DNA from: Synechococcus elongatus PCC 6301
GTDB lineage: Bacteria; Cyanobacteriota; Cyanobacteriia; Synechococcales; Synechococcaceae
Direction of reading: 5' to 3'
Length of the DNA stretch: 32,000 nt
Assembly (NCBI RefSeq): GCF_000010065.1
Contig: NC_006576.1
Span: 30,001-62,000 of the forward strand
The notes under the pieces were generated by a model. That model worked only from the letters and a program-made list of their open reading frames with translations. It was not told the DNA's origin and searched no databases. Below, one piece after another: positions 16,112-24,224 of this stretch (position 1 is the first letter of the stretch; every line of letters starts with the position of its first letter). The translations under genes were made by a program, and so were the position numbers.

Positions 16112-17791
16112 ATGCTGAACTTTGCTTGCGATCGCTTCTATCGCTATGACGAGCTGACTCAACTCCTGCAGGATTGTGCAGCTGCCTACCCTCAATTGCT
16201 GAAGTTGGAGTCTTTAGGCAAAAGCCATGAAGGACGAGAGCTTTGGCTGCTGCGAATCACGGACTACAGCAAAGGCGATGATACGGAGAAACCAGCCCTC
16301 TGGATTGATGGCAATATTCACGCCACCGAGCTAGCAGCTTCTAGTGCATGTCTGCACTTTTTGCAGGTGTTGTTGCGAGGATTTGAGCAAGGTAATCCGG
16401 TCGTTCAACGCTGTCTACAACGCTGCACCATTTATTTATGTCCGCGCCAAAATCCTGATGGTGCTGAGTTAGCCCTCGCCGATCAGCCTCAGTTTCTGCG
16501 ATCGAGTACGAGACCCTATCCCTTGCGCGATCGCGATTCTAGTGGCTTGCAAGAAGCCGATATTGATGGTGATGGCCGCATTCTGTTGATGCGCATTCCC
16601 GATCCGCATGGGGCTTGGAAAGTCCATCCGCAGGAACCACGCCTATTGGTTCGTCGCGATCCAGTTGAGACTGGAGGTCAGTACTATCGAGTGCTGCCAG
16701 AAGGATTGATTCAAGACTACGACGGCGATTTAATTCCCTTGCAACCCCGTCAGCAGGGCTTAGATCTCAATCGCAATTACCCGATCGATTGGCGACCGGA
16801 GCATGAGCAACTGGGAGCAGGACCTTTCCCCGCTTCGGAACCAGAAGTACAAGCTGTCGTCAAATTTTTGAGCGATCGCACCAATCTATTCGCAGCGATT
16901 TCTTTCCATACATTTAGTGGTGTATTACTGCGTCCCTACAGTCATAAACCAGATGATACTTTCCCGGTTGCAGATCTGCGGGCTTATGAAGTGATTGGCA
17001 AAGCGGGTGAAGAACAAACCGGCTATCCGGCGATCGGGGTTTATGATAACTTCCGCTATCATCCCAAGGAGATTACGACTGGCGTTTTTGATGACTGGGC
17101 CTACGATCATCTAGGGCTATTTGCTTGGACAGTCGAGATTTGGAGCCCGCAGAAGGCCGCTGGTATCGAAAAATACGACTGGATTGATTGGTTCCGTGAG
17201 CATCCAGTTGAAGACGACTTAAAGTTCCTAGAGTGGAACGATCGCGAGTTAGAAGGCAAAGGCTTTATTGACTGGTATCCCTTTGAGCATCCGCAGTTAG
17301 GACCGCTGGAACTCGGCGGTTGGGATGACTTGCACACTTGGCGCAATCCGCCCCAAAAGTTTCTGCAAGCCGAACTCGATCGCTTTCCGCAATGGTTGCT
17401 CTGGCAGCTCCAAATTGCGCCGCAGCTCGAAGTGATTAGGGCTGAAGTTCAAGCCTTGGGTGATCGCCTCTATAAAGTCAAGTTCGTGTTACAAAATAGT
17501 GGTTGGTTGCCAACTTACATCAGTCAAAAGGCTCTGGAGCGGCATTTAGTTGATCCGCTCGTTGCAGAACTCCAGCTTCCCGAGGGTATCGAACTCTGCC
17601 AAGGTAAAGCACGGCAAGAGCTAGGGCAATTGGAAGGGCGATCGCAAAAAGGCGTGATGCCCGAGGCCGATCCCACCAGCGATCGCGCTAAAGCAGAGTG
17701 GATTATTCGGGGCGATCGCGGTCAAGTGATCACGATCGAAGCTCGTCACCCGCGCGCAGGTAAATTGCAGCAACAACTGACCTTGAACTGA
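16112..17791 (+). CDS. M14-family zinc carboxypeptidase, apparently cytoplasmic, with a long C-terminal extension
   Basis: 559-aa ORF. M14 zinc ligands HxxE (NIHATELA) and a downstream His (SFHTFSG). The N-terminal pattern YRYDELTQLL...YPQLLKLESLGKSHEGRELW is typical of M14. No signal peptide is visible. Confidence 0.9.
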   Translation: MLNFACDRFYRYDELTQLLQDCAAAYPQLLKLESLGKSHEGRELWLLRITDYSKGDDTEKPALWIDGNIHATELAASSACLHFLQVLLRGFEQGNPVVQRCLQRCTIYLCPRQNPDGAELALADQPQFLRSSTRPYPLRDRDSSGLQEADIDGDGRILLMRIPDPHGAWKVHPQEPRLLVRRDPVETGGQYYRVLPEGLIQDYDGDLIPLQPRQQGLDLNRNYPIDWRPEHEQLGAGPFPASEPEVQAVVKFLSDRTNLFAAISFHTFSGVLLRPYSHKPDDTFPVADLRAYEVIGKAGEEQTGYPAIGVYDNFRYHPKEITTGVFDDWAYDHLGLFAWTVEIWSPQKAAGIEKYDWIDWFREHPVEDDLKFLEWNDRELEGKGFIDWYPFEHPQLGPLELGGWDDLHTWRNPPQKFLQAELDRFPQWLLWQLQIAPQLEVIRAEVQALGDRLYKVKFVLQNSGWLPTYISQKALERHLVDPLVAELQLPEGIELCQGKARQELGQLEGRSQKGVMPEADPTSDRAKAEWIIRGDRGQVITIEARHPRAGKLQQQLTLN

Positions 17792-17792
17792 C

Positions 17793-19181
17793 CTATTTGC
17801 CGATACAAAAGCGGCTAAAGATCAGATCCAACATCGACTCGGCGATCCCTTCGCCGGTGATTGAACCAAGCGCAGCAATCGCTTCTCGCAAATCAATCGT
17901 CCAAAAGTCGAGAGGAAGTTGCGCTTGCAAGGTTTCTTCGACACGTCGCAGGGCAGTTTGAGCAGTTGTCAAGGCGGCAACTTGCCGTTGATTCAAGGCC
18001 CAATCCCAATTGGCACTGGTTAAGTCGCCAGTTCCGACTGCTGCCAGAATGGCGGCTTCTAAATCCTCAATCCCTTTTTGTTGTGCAGCGGCTGTCCAAA
18101 CGATCGCCTTAAACTCCTGCTGCGGCAGAGCGATCGCGTGGCGTTCTGCTTCTGACAGGCGATCGCGTTTGTTGATGACTAATAGGATAGGGCGATCGCT
18201 CACTGCTTCCCAAATGGTTTGATCCTCAGCGCTCCAACCGGCACTGGCATCGATCGTCAGCAGCACGAGGTCGGCTGACTGAGCGGCTCGGCGCGATCGC
18301 TCAACCCCAATTTGCTCCACCTGATCGCTGGTTTCGCGGATACCAGCCGTATCTAGGACTTGCACGGGAATACCGCCGACGATCAGCTGCGATTCCACCA
18401 AATCGCGAGTCCTACCGGGTAGGTCAGTGACAATGGCGCGATCGCAGCGACTCCAAGCATTGAGCAGGCTGGATTTACCGACATTGGGTCGCCCCACGAT
18501 CGCAATCTTCAGGCCCGTACGCAACAGTTCCCCGCGATCGGCAGTTGATAAAATCGCTTGCATGTCCGCACCCGCAGCCGTTAATTGAGCGGCGATCGCC
18601 TCCAAATCCAACGGCGGTAGATCGTCTTCAAAATCGATGCGGGCTTCGACTTCCGCCAAAATGTCCAGACAGCGATCGCGGAGCTGGCGAATCGGGTGCC
18701 CTAACTTGCCCTGTAAGCTCCCTAGTGCAGCCTGTGCTGCTTGAGGCGATTGGGCACTAATCAAATCGGCAATACTCTCGGCCTGACTAAGATCCAAGCG
18801 GCCATTCAAAAAGGCCCGCAGCGTAAACTCTCCCGGTTCTGCCAGCCTTGCGCCAGCCCGAATGCAGAGTTGCAGCGTTTGCTGAACTGGCATCAAACCG
18901 CCGTGGCAGTGCAACTCGACCACGTCTTCCCGCGTATAGGAGCGGGGTGCCAACATTGGCAATAACAGCGCCTCATCAACCAGTCTCCCCGACTCTGGAT
19001 CGCGAATATAACCGTAGAGAATGCGGTGGCTTTCCCAAGGTTGTTGCCCGGCAATCTGAAAAATCTGGCGAGCGATCTCAGTTGCTGCCGCCCCCGACAG
19101 TCGCACGATGCCAACACTGCCCTGTTGAGGAACAATGGCAGTGGCGATCGCAGCAATGGTGTCGCCTGAAAAACCGACCAT
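17793..19181 (-). CDS. mnmE: tRNA modification GTPase MnmE (TrmE)
   Basis: The ORF is open to 19241, but the start at M21 (19181, [15 protein letters not shown]...) gives the conserved N-terminus [10 protein letters not shown]-domain motifs [13 protein letters not shown] and NKRD are present, as is the invariant C-terminal CIGK. Confidence 0.95.
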   Translation of the reverse strand: MVGFSGDTIAAIATAIVPQQGSVGIVRLSGAAATEIARQIFQIAGQQPWESHRILYGYIRDPESGRLVDEALLLPMLAPRSYTREDVVELHCHGGLMPVQQTLQLCIRAGARLAEPGEFTLRAFLNGRLDLSQAESIADLISAQSPQAAQAALGSLQGKLGHPIRQLRDRCLDILAEVEARIDFEDDLPPLDLEAIAAQLTAAGADMQAILSTADRGELLRTGLKIAIVGRPNVGKSSLLNAWSRCDRAIVTDLPGRTRDLVESQLIVGGIPVQVLDTAGIRETSDQVEQIGVERSRRAAQSADLVLLTIDASAGWSAEDQTIWEAVSDRPILLVINKRDRLSEAERHAIALPQQEFKAIVWTAAAQQKGIEDLEAAILAAVGTGDLTSANWDWALNQRQVAALTTAQTALRRVEETLQAQLPLDFWTIDLREAIAALGSITGEGIAESMLDLIFSRFCIGK

Positions 19182-19209
19182 GCGAGCTGAACAAGGAGCA
19201 ACGGTTCCG

Positions 19210-19716
19210 GTGTTATTATCCGCCCGCCAGCGTCGATACACTTGGCCGCAACGTTGGCAACGCCGCTGTCGCTATTGGTATTACCGCGCGTTGCGCCTTG
19301 AAACCTGCCCGAAAGCACTGGCACGGGGGATTGGTCTGGGTGTGTTTGCCGGCTGCTTCCCGCTATTTGGTCTGCAGATTTTGATTGGGGTCAGCCTCGC
19401 TACGATTCTGAGAGGCAACAAGGTTCTAGCGGCGGCTGCAACCTGGATCAGCAATCCCTTCACCTATCTGCCGTTGTTCAGCTTCAATTTCCAGTTGGGG
19501 CGGCTGTTTGTGCCCACCGACAACCGCCTGCTGACTCTGGAAAAGCTTAGCTCTTGGCAAACGCTGCAGGACTTAGGAAGCGACTTCCTCCATGCCTTGA
19601 TGTTGGGTAGCCTTCTGGTGGCGATCGCCCTTGGCTTTGCTGCCTACTGGATTAGTTTGCATTTGGCACAACGGCACCATCAGCAGCGCCGTCACCGTCG
19701 TGCCGCCAACGATTGA
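19210..19716 (+). CDS. DUF2062-family membrane protein
   Basis: The conserved core [42 protein letters not shown]...NPFT is recognised as DUF2062. The start is ambiguous: GTG at 19210 (AAGGAG at 19193-19198), ATG at 19180, or ATG at 19135. Confidence 0.75.
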   Translation: MLLSARQRRYTWPQRWQRRCRYWYYRALRLETCPKALARGIGLGVFAGCFPLFGLQILIGVSLATILRGNKVLAAAATWISNPFTYLPLFSFNFQLGRLFVPTDNRLLTLEKLSSWQTLQDLGSDFLHALMLGSLLVAIALGFAAYWISLHLAQRHHQQRRHRRAAND

Positions 19717-21130
19717 GCAGCGCTTCTAATGGCTCCCAGTTGTCATCGATTGCGATCGGGTCCCAAACGGATTCAACCACCGGACGAATGGGTGAAATCT
19801 CTGGATTGGCTTGGGCGAGCTGCTGCTGAATGAGCGGCAGTTGCGACTCGGGTAGATGGGTGAGCAGCTGGTGATAGCGATCGCGCCAACCTTGCCACTG
19901 GGCTTCCGGCAAGGCTTCTAGGTCAGTCGTGATCCAATCAGGCAAAATTGCGCTGAGGTCACTGCGCCAACTGGGTTGGAATTGAGCGCGGAGTCTGGCA
20001 AAAAACTCGTTATAGCCGATTGGTGCGCGCAGCAGCAGTTGCAGCGTGGTGATGATCAAGTCATCCGCGATCGCTGAATGGAGCTGATCGGCTTCAAAGC
20101 CTAGACGCCGCAGCATCAAGCGGCTGTAGGTTGCTTGGTAGCGATCGCCAAAACCTGCGATGCCAGCTTCCAGATCGGCTGCCGACATCACCATGCCCAA
20201 GGGCACTTGCAGTAACTCCAGGTTGAGCTGGCAGATGCCGGGCTGATTCTCGTAGCGATAGCGGCCACTGTGGTCGAAGTAGGCGGCGGTGAACTTTGGA
20301 TCGAAGCGATCGAGAAATGCCCACGGGCCATAGTCGAAGCTTTCGCCCACAATCGAAAGGTTGTCGGTGTTGAGGACGGCGTGGCAGAACCCAGCGGCCA
20401 TCCATTGCGCGGCTAGATCCGCAGTCCGTTCCGTCAGTTCTGCGTAGAACTTGGCATCGGCCTCAGGGTCACCCAGTAGATGGGAATAGTAGGTCGCAAT
20501 TACATGATCGAGCAGTTGCCGCACCAGATCCGCCCGTTTGAAGTAGTGCAGGCGCTCAAAGGTGCCAAAGCGAATATGAGTGCGGTTAAAGCGCACCATC
20601 ACCGACGATCGCGTGGGCGAGGGTTCATCACCGCGCCAGAGCTCCTCGCCTGTTTCAATCAAGCTCAGACAACGCCCTGTCCGTACCCCAAGTCGCTGGA
20701 GAAATTCTGAGGCCAACACCTCTCGCACTCCCCCTTTGAGGGTGGGCTTGCCATCGCCGCCCCGGGAATAGGGTGTTCGGCCCGATCCCTTAGTGCCAAA
20801 GTCGTAGAGCCAGCCGTTGCGTCCACGTACTTGGCCGTAGAGGAAACCGCGACCATCGCCCAAGTCTGGGCTGTAAATGCCGAATTGATAGCCGTGGTAG
20901 CGCATCGCCAGCAGCGGCGATCGCCCTTGGAAGCGGCCAAACGCCTCAATGAAGTGCTCATCTGCCACCGTTGCCGGATCGAGCCCGAGGATGGGCAGTA
21001 GGCGATCATTGCGGAACCGCAGCTGGTGCGCAGGGAAGGTCGCAGCTTCAACGGGATCGGAAAATTCACTGCCGAGGCTGGCAAACGCCGGTTCGTAGGG
21101 CAGGGTCAAAAAGGGATTGGTGCTTGGCAT
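19652..21130 (-). CDS. selO: SelO/YdiU-family protein adenylyltransferase (AMPylating pseudokinase, UPF0061)
   Basis: 492-aa ORF with hallmark blocks MRYHGYQFG, DGRGFLYG, GSGRTPYSRGGDG, GGVREVLASEF and HAVLNTDNLSIVGESFDYGPWAF. Confidence 0.9.
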   Translation of the reverse strand: MPSTNPFLTLPYEPAFASLGSEFSDPVEAATFPAHQLRFRNDRLLPILGLDPATVADEHFIEAFGRFQGRSPLLAMRYHGYQFGIYSPDLGDGRGFLYGQVRGRNGWLYDFGTKGSGRTPYSRGGDGKPTLKGGVREVLASEFLQRLGVRTGRCLSLIETGEELWRGDEPSPTRSSVMVRFNRTHIRFGTFERLHYFKRADLVRQLLDHVIATYYSHLLGDPEADAKFYAELTERTADLAAQWMAAGFCHAVLNTDNLSIVGESFDYGPWAFLDRFDPKFTAAYFDHSGRYRYENQPGICQLNLELLQVPLGMVMSAADLEAGIAGFGDRYQATYSRLMLRRLGFEADQLHSAIADDLIITTLQLLLRAPIGYNEFFARLRAQFQPSWRSDLSAILPDWITTDLEALPEAQWQGWRDRYHQLLTHLPESQLPLIQQQLAQANPEISPIRPVVESVWDPIAIDDNWEPLEALLNRWRHDGDGAADGAVVPNAN

Positions 21131-21170
21131 TCCTCTATTAGACCGCTTCCAGTTGGCTGCAACGAGTTTC

Positions 21171-21983
21171 TCAAGTTGAGGTTCCCGTTGCGAGGCGATC
21201 GCGAAATTGGCGAAGTTGTTTCAAGAGGCGATCGCGATCAAAGCTCCGGGGATCAATCCGCTCCCCCGAGAGATCGACCTCCTTATGGGTAGTGATGCGC
21301 TCTGCCGGAACCTCAGTTTGAGCAATCAACCAAGCCAAACTCCGGTACCGCGCGACGGTGTAGCCACTGTGCGGGGGGTCAGAATCCTGCCCATCTAGCG
21401 GCGTCTCAAGGGAGATGTGATAGGAAAAACTATTGACCGAAGGTGGGTGCTCGGGATCGCCGTAGAGCGTCTCCAGTCCTTCGGCGGTGTCAAAGCCCGA
21501 CTCTGCCGCACCATAGGCTTTGGCTTGAGCAGGCACGATCGAGATCACAGCACCATTGCGGCGAATGATGGCGTGGTAGCTAGCAGCTTCAGAATCCTCA
21601 AGGTCGCCGCGCGGGAACCAATCGATCGCTGAATCGGCTGAGTAGAACGTTTCATGCAGCACAATCAAGGGTTCGTTGTCGACGAGGCTACCATCGGCGT
21701 TGAAGCGCAGTCGCTCACCGTAATTATTGGGATGGGCCCAGGCAATCTCAGAGGCTGGTGTTTGGTCCGCTAGTTCGGGTGCAGGACGGCGAAAAAACTG
21801 TTGAAAGGCGATTGCAGTAGGGAGGGGCACCAGCGATTGCGACTGTTGTCGGTCGTGTAGAAGAACCCCCGTTAGCAGTACCCCTAGGAAGAGCAGCAAA
21901 CAGGCCAAACGCTGCCAGAATCGGCGCCGCAACAATGCTGCAACAAGCCTGGACACAGGCGATCGCTCCTCAAGGATCGGCAC
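21171..21983 (-). CDS. N-acetylmuramoyl-L-alanine amidase (Amidase_2/AmpD-PGRP fold) with an N-terminal membrane anchor
   Basis: 270 aa from a GTG start. TM helix LACLLLFLGVLLTGVLL. Amidase_2-like blocks LIVLHET, SYHAIIRRNG, AKAYGAAESGF...SYHISLE and TTHKEVD...RIDPRSFD. Confidence 0.8.
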   Translation of the reverse strand: MPILEERSPVSRLVAALLRRRFWQRLACLLLFLGVLLTGVLLHDRQQSQSLVPLPTAIAFQQFFRRPAPELADQTPASEIAWAHPNNYGERLRFNADGSLVDNEPLIVLHETFYSADSAIDWFPRGDLEDSEAASYHAIIRRNGAVISIVPAQAKAYGAAESGFDTAEGLETLYGDPEHPPSVNSFSYHISLETPLDGQDSDPPHSGYTVARYRSLAWLIAQTEVPAERITTHKEVDLSGERIDPRSFDRDRLLKQLRQFRDRLATGTST

Positions 21984-22328
21984 GACTCTGCTAGATCATC
22001 TGACGATCTGTCTGTCAAATCCAGCACAAGCCTAGCAACTCCAGAGTCTTGTCTCGGAGCAAGCTCTATCGCGATTCTGAATCGCCGTGATGGGGCGATC
22101 GCCACTTGGGCCAACGGGTTCCCATCTCCGTGGCTGCCGACCAGCAGAGATAGAGTATGAGCACTACAATTCCTGCCAAAAAAGGCAGTAAATCATCGGG
22201 CATTGCGGCACCTCCTCATGTGATGCAAACGGCAAACTTTAGATTAGCGATCTCGCTGCAATCGCAGCTGCCCACGCTGGCCAAGCGATCGTGTCACGAT
22301 CAAAGCGATTGCTTCCTGTCGTTGCGCC

Positions 22329-23639
22329 ATGTCTTCTGCTACGCGCCGCCGCCTCGCGATCTGGTACACCCTGCTGACTGCCATCCTCTTGCTGGCCTTT
22401 GCAGTGAGTGCTTATGTCTATGCGCGCGGCACGCTGATCGATCGTGTCGACGACACCCTCAGCCACGTTGTGGAAGTGATCGAGCGATCGCTGGTGATAG
22501 AACCAACGGGCCCCAGCCGCACCCCCCAAGTCAACCTCGAGATCAGTTTTCGCAGCCGCGAAGCCAGTGCAGAAGCCGATCGCATTGACTTGGAGTGGTT
22601 TAGCCCCAGTGGTGACTTACTCTGGAGCACCCTCGATGCACCACTGGCCGTGCCCCTATCCCTGAGCCGACGAGCTGAAACCGTCAGTTTCCCGAGCGCC
22701 TACGATGAGCCGGCCTTGGTACGCCAGCTAACTGAGCCTGTCATTTTCGATCGCCAATTGCTGGGCTACCTGCGGGTTAGTCATCCCTGGTTTGAAGTCA
22801 GTGCGCCCATCCAGCAACTCCTGATCGATCTCAGCTTTGGCAGTGCTCTGATGCTGGTTGCGGTGGCGGCAACCGGCTGGTTTTTATCAGGTTTGGCCAT
22901 GCGCCCAGTCTACGAGTCTTACGGGCAGCTCAAGCAATTTACGGCGGATGCTTCCCATGAACTGCGCAATCCGATCGCGACGATTCAGGCCAATGTGCAA
23001 GCCGCCCTGACTGAGCCCCAAGGCTTGGCCCCCGAACAACAGCAAGTTTTGCAGGTCATTGAACGCTTGACCCGTCGCCTTGGCAGCCTTGTTGATGATC
23101 TGCTGTTCTTGGCCCGCCAAGATAGCGGTCTACAGCAACCGGCTCCAATCCAAAACCTCGATTTAGATGCCCTCCTACTGGATGTGGTCGAGGAGCAAAG
23201 TCTCTATGCCCAAGAGCAAAACCTGAGCTTAGATTTACAGCTGCCTGATGCGGATCAGGCCCTGCAGCTGACTGGAGTGCGGGAACAACTGGCTCGCCTG
23301 TTCACCAATTTGATCGCCAACGCTCTGCAGTACACACCAGCATCGGGTCAGGTGACGGTTCAGGTGCAGCCACTTAATCAAGGACTGCAAGTGGAAGTTC
23401 GCGACAGCGGCATTGGCATCAGTCCCGAGACGTTGCCTCACGTCTTTGAGCGGTTTTATCGTGCCGATCCAGCCCGGCGACCGCGCGATCGCGGCGGCTC
23501 TGGCTTAGGACTGGCGATCGCTCAAGCAATTGTGGAGCGTCACCACGGCAAAATCCACCTGCGCAGTCAAGTCGGGCAAGGAACAACCGCGGTCGTTTGG
23601 CTACCATTCAATCAGCCGGATGCAGCGCGTTCCCTTTAA
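22329..23639 (+). CDS. Sensor histidine kinase with two TM helices and a periplasmic loop; no cognate response regulator in the window
   Basis: 436-aa ORF. TM1 is LAIWYTLLTAILLLAFAVSAYVYA and TM2 is SALMLVAVAATGWFLSGLAM. H-box FTADASHELRNP. N box (NLIANALQYT), G1 (VRDSGIGI) and G2 (GGSGLGLAIA) are present. Confidence 0.9.
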   Translation: MSSATRRRLAIWYTLLTAILLLAFAVSAYVYARGTLIDRVDDTLSHVVEVIERSLVIEPTGPSRTPQVNLEISFRSREASAEADRIDLEWFSPSGDLLWSTLDAPLAVPLSLSRRAETVSFPSAYDEPALVRQLTEPVIFDRQLLGYLRVSHPWFEVSAPIQQLLIDLSFGSALMLVAVAATGWFLSGLAMRPVYESYGQLKQFTADASHELRNPIATIQANVQAALTEPQGLAPEQQQVLQVIERLTRRLGSLVDDLLFLARQDSGLQQPAPIQNLDLDALLLDVVEEQSLYAQEQNLSLDLQLPDADQALQLTGVREQLARLFTNLIANALQYTPASGQVTVQVQPLNQGLQVEVRDSGIGISPETLPHVFERFYRADPARRPRDRGGSGLGLAIAQAIVERHHGKIHLRSQVGQGTTAVVWLPFNQPDAARSL

Positions 23640-23701
23640 CCGCGATCGCCCTAGATTGACTCGTGTCCAGAGCGATCACCCAGCCAGACTATCGACTTGC
23701 G

Positions 23702-24142
23702 CTAGTCCGTTAAATCAAGGGTGAATGACTTGGCGTTTTTGGTGTCAATTTCTGAGAAACCTTGCGTGAGGTAGCCCCGACGTTCGCAGTTTTGGTCCCC
23801 TAAAATTGAGAATTCTTCGGGGTCACGAATGCAGAAATTGTAGTCGCCTTCCCAGAGCAGAGAAGCATCTGTATTTTCAGCATAGTAGTAGTAATAGCGA
23901 AGCTTTAAGCGGCCGCCAACCACCGTTTCGCAGCCCCGTGGGGAAATGCTATACCACCCCCGCGATCGCCAGGATTCTCCCTCCTTATAGCCGACGGCGA
24001 GATTGACGGTCTTGCGTGTTTTGTTGCAGATCACCAGTTCGGCACTGGCTGGCTCTGCAAAACTGCTGAACCCTAACCACGCCACCGTTGAGACTGCTGC
24101 GATCGAGCAAACCTGGCGAACACCCGAGAATAACTGCTTCAT
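23702..24142 (-). CDS. DUF1036-family secreted or membrane-associated protein
   Basis: 146-aa ORF. Signal-peptide-like N-terminus ending ...FAEPASA. Core ELVICNKTRKTVNLAVGYKEGESWRSRGWYSISPRGCETVV...RYYYYYAE matches my memory of DUF1036. Confidence 0.8.
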   Translation of the reverse strand: MKQLFSGVRQVCSIAAVSTVAWLGFSSFAEPASAELVICNKTRKTVNLAVGYKEGESWRSRGWYSISPRGCETVVGGRLKLRYYYYYAENTDASLLWEGDYNFCIRDPEEFSILGDQNCERRGYLTQGFSEIDTKNAKSFTLDLTD

Positions 24143-24224
24143 TCAATTCAGGCGCAAAATCTACTTTCAGTGTCGGGGATTCATTCCTGACTGACAACAA
24201 TGTTCCTTTAATTATTGCTAAGCG

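Noticed and set aside
19182-19241. 20-codon N-terminal extension of mnmE ([20 protein letters not shown])
   Set aside because: The conserved MnmE N-terminus begins right after M21. The extension would further overlap the divergent DUF2062 gene.
22157-22588. 143-aa plus-strand ORF upstream of and overlapping the histidine kinase start
   Set aside because: It is out of frame with the kinase and overlaps 260 nt of its well-supported N-terminus. The translation is Pro/Ser/Arg-rich and unstructured.
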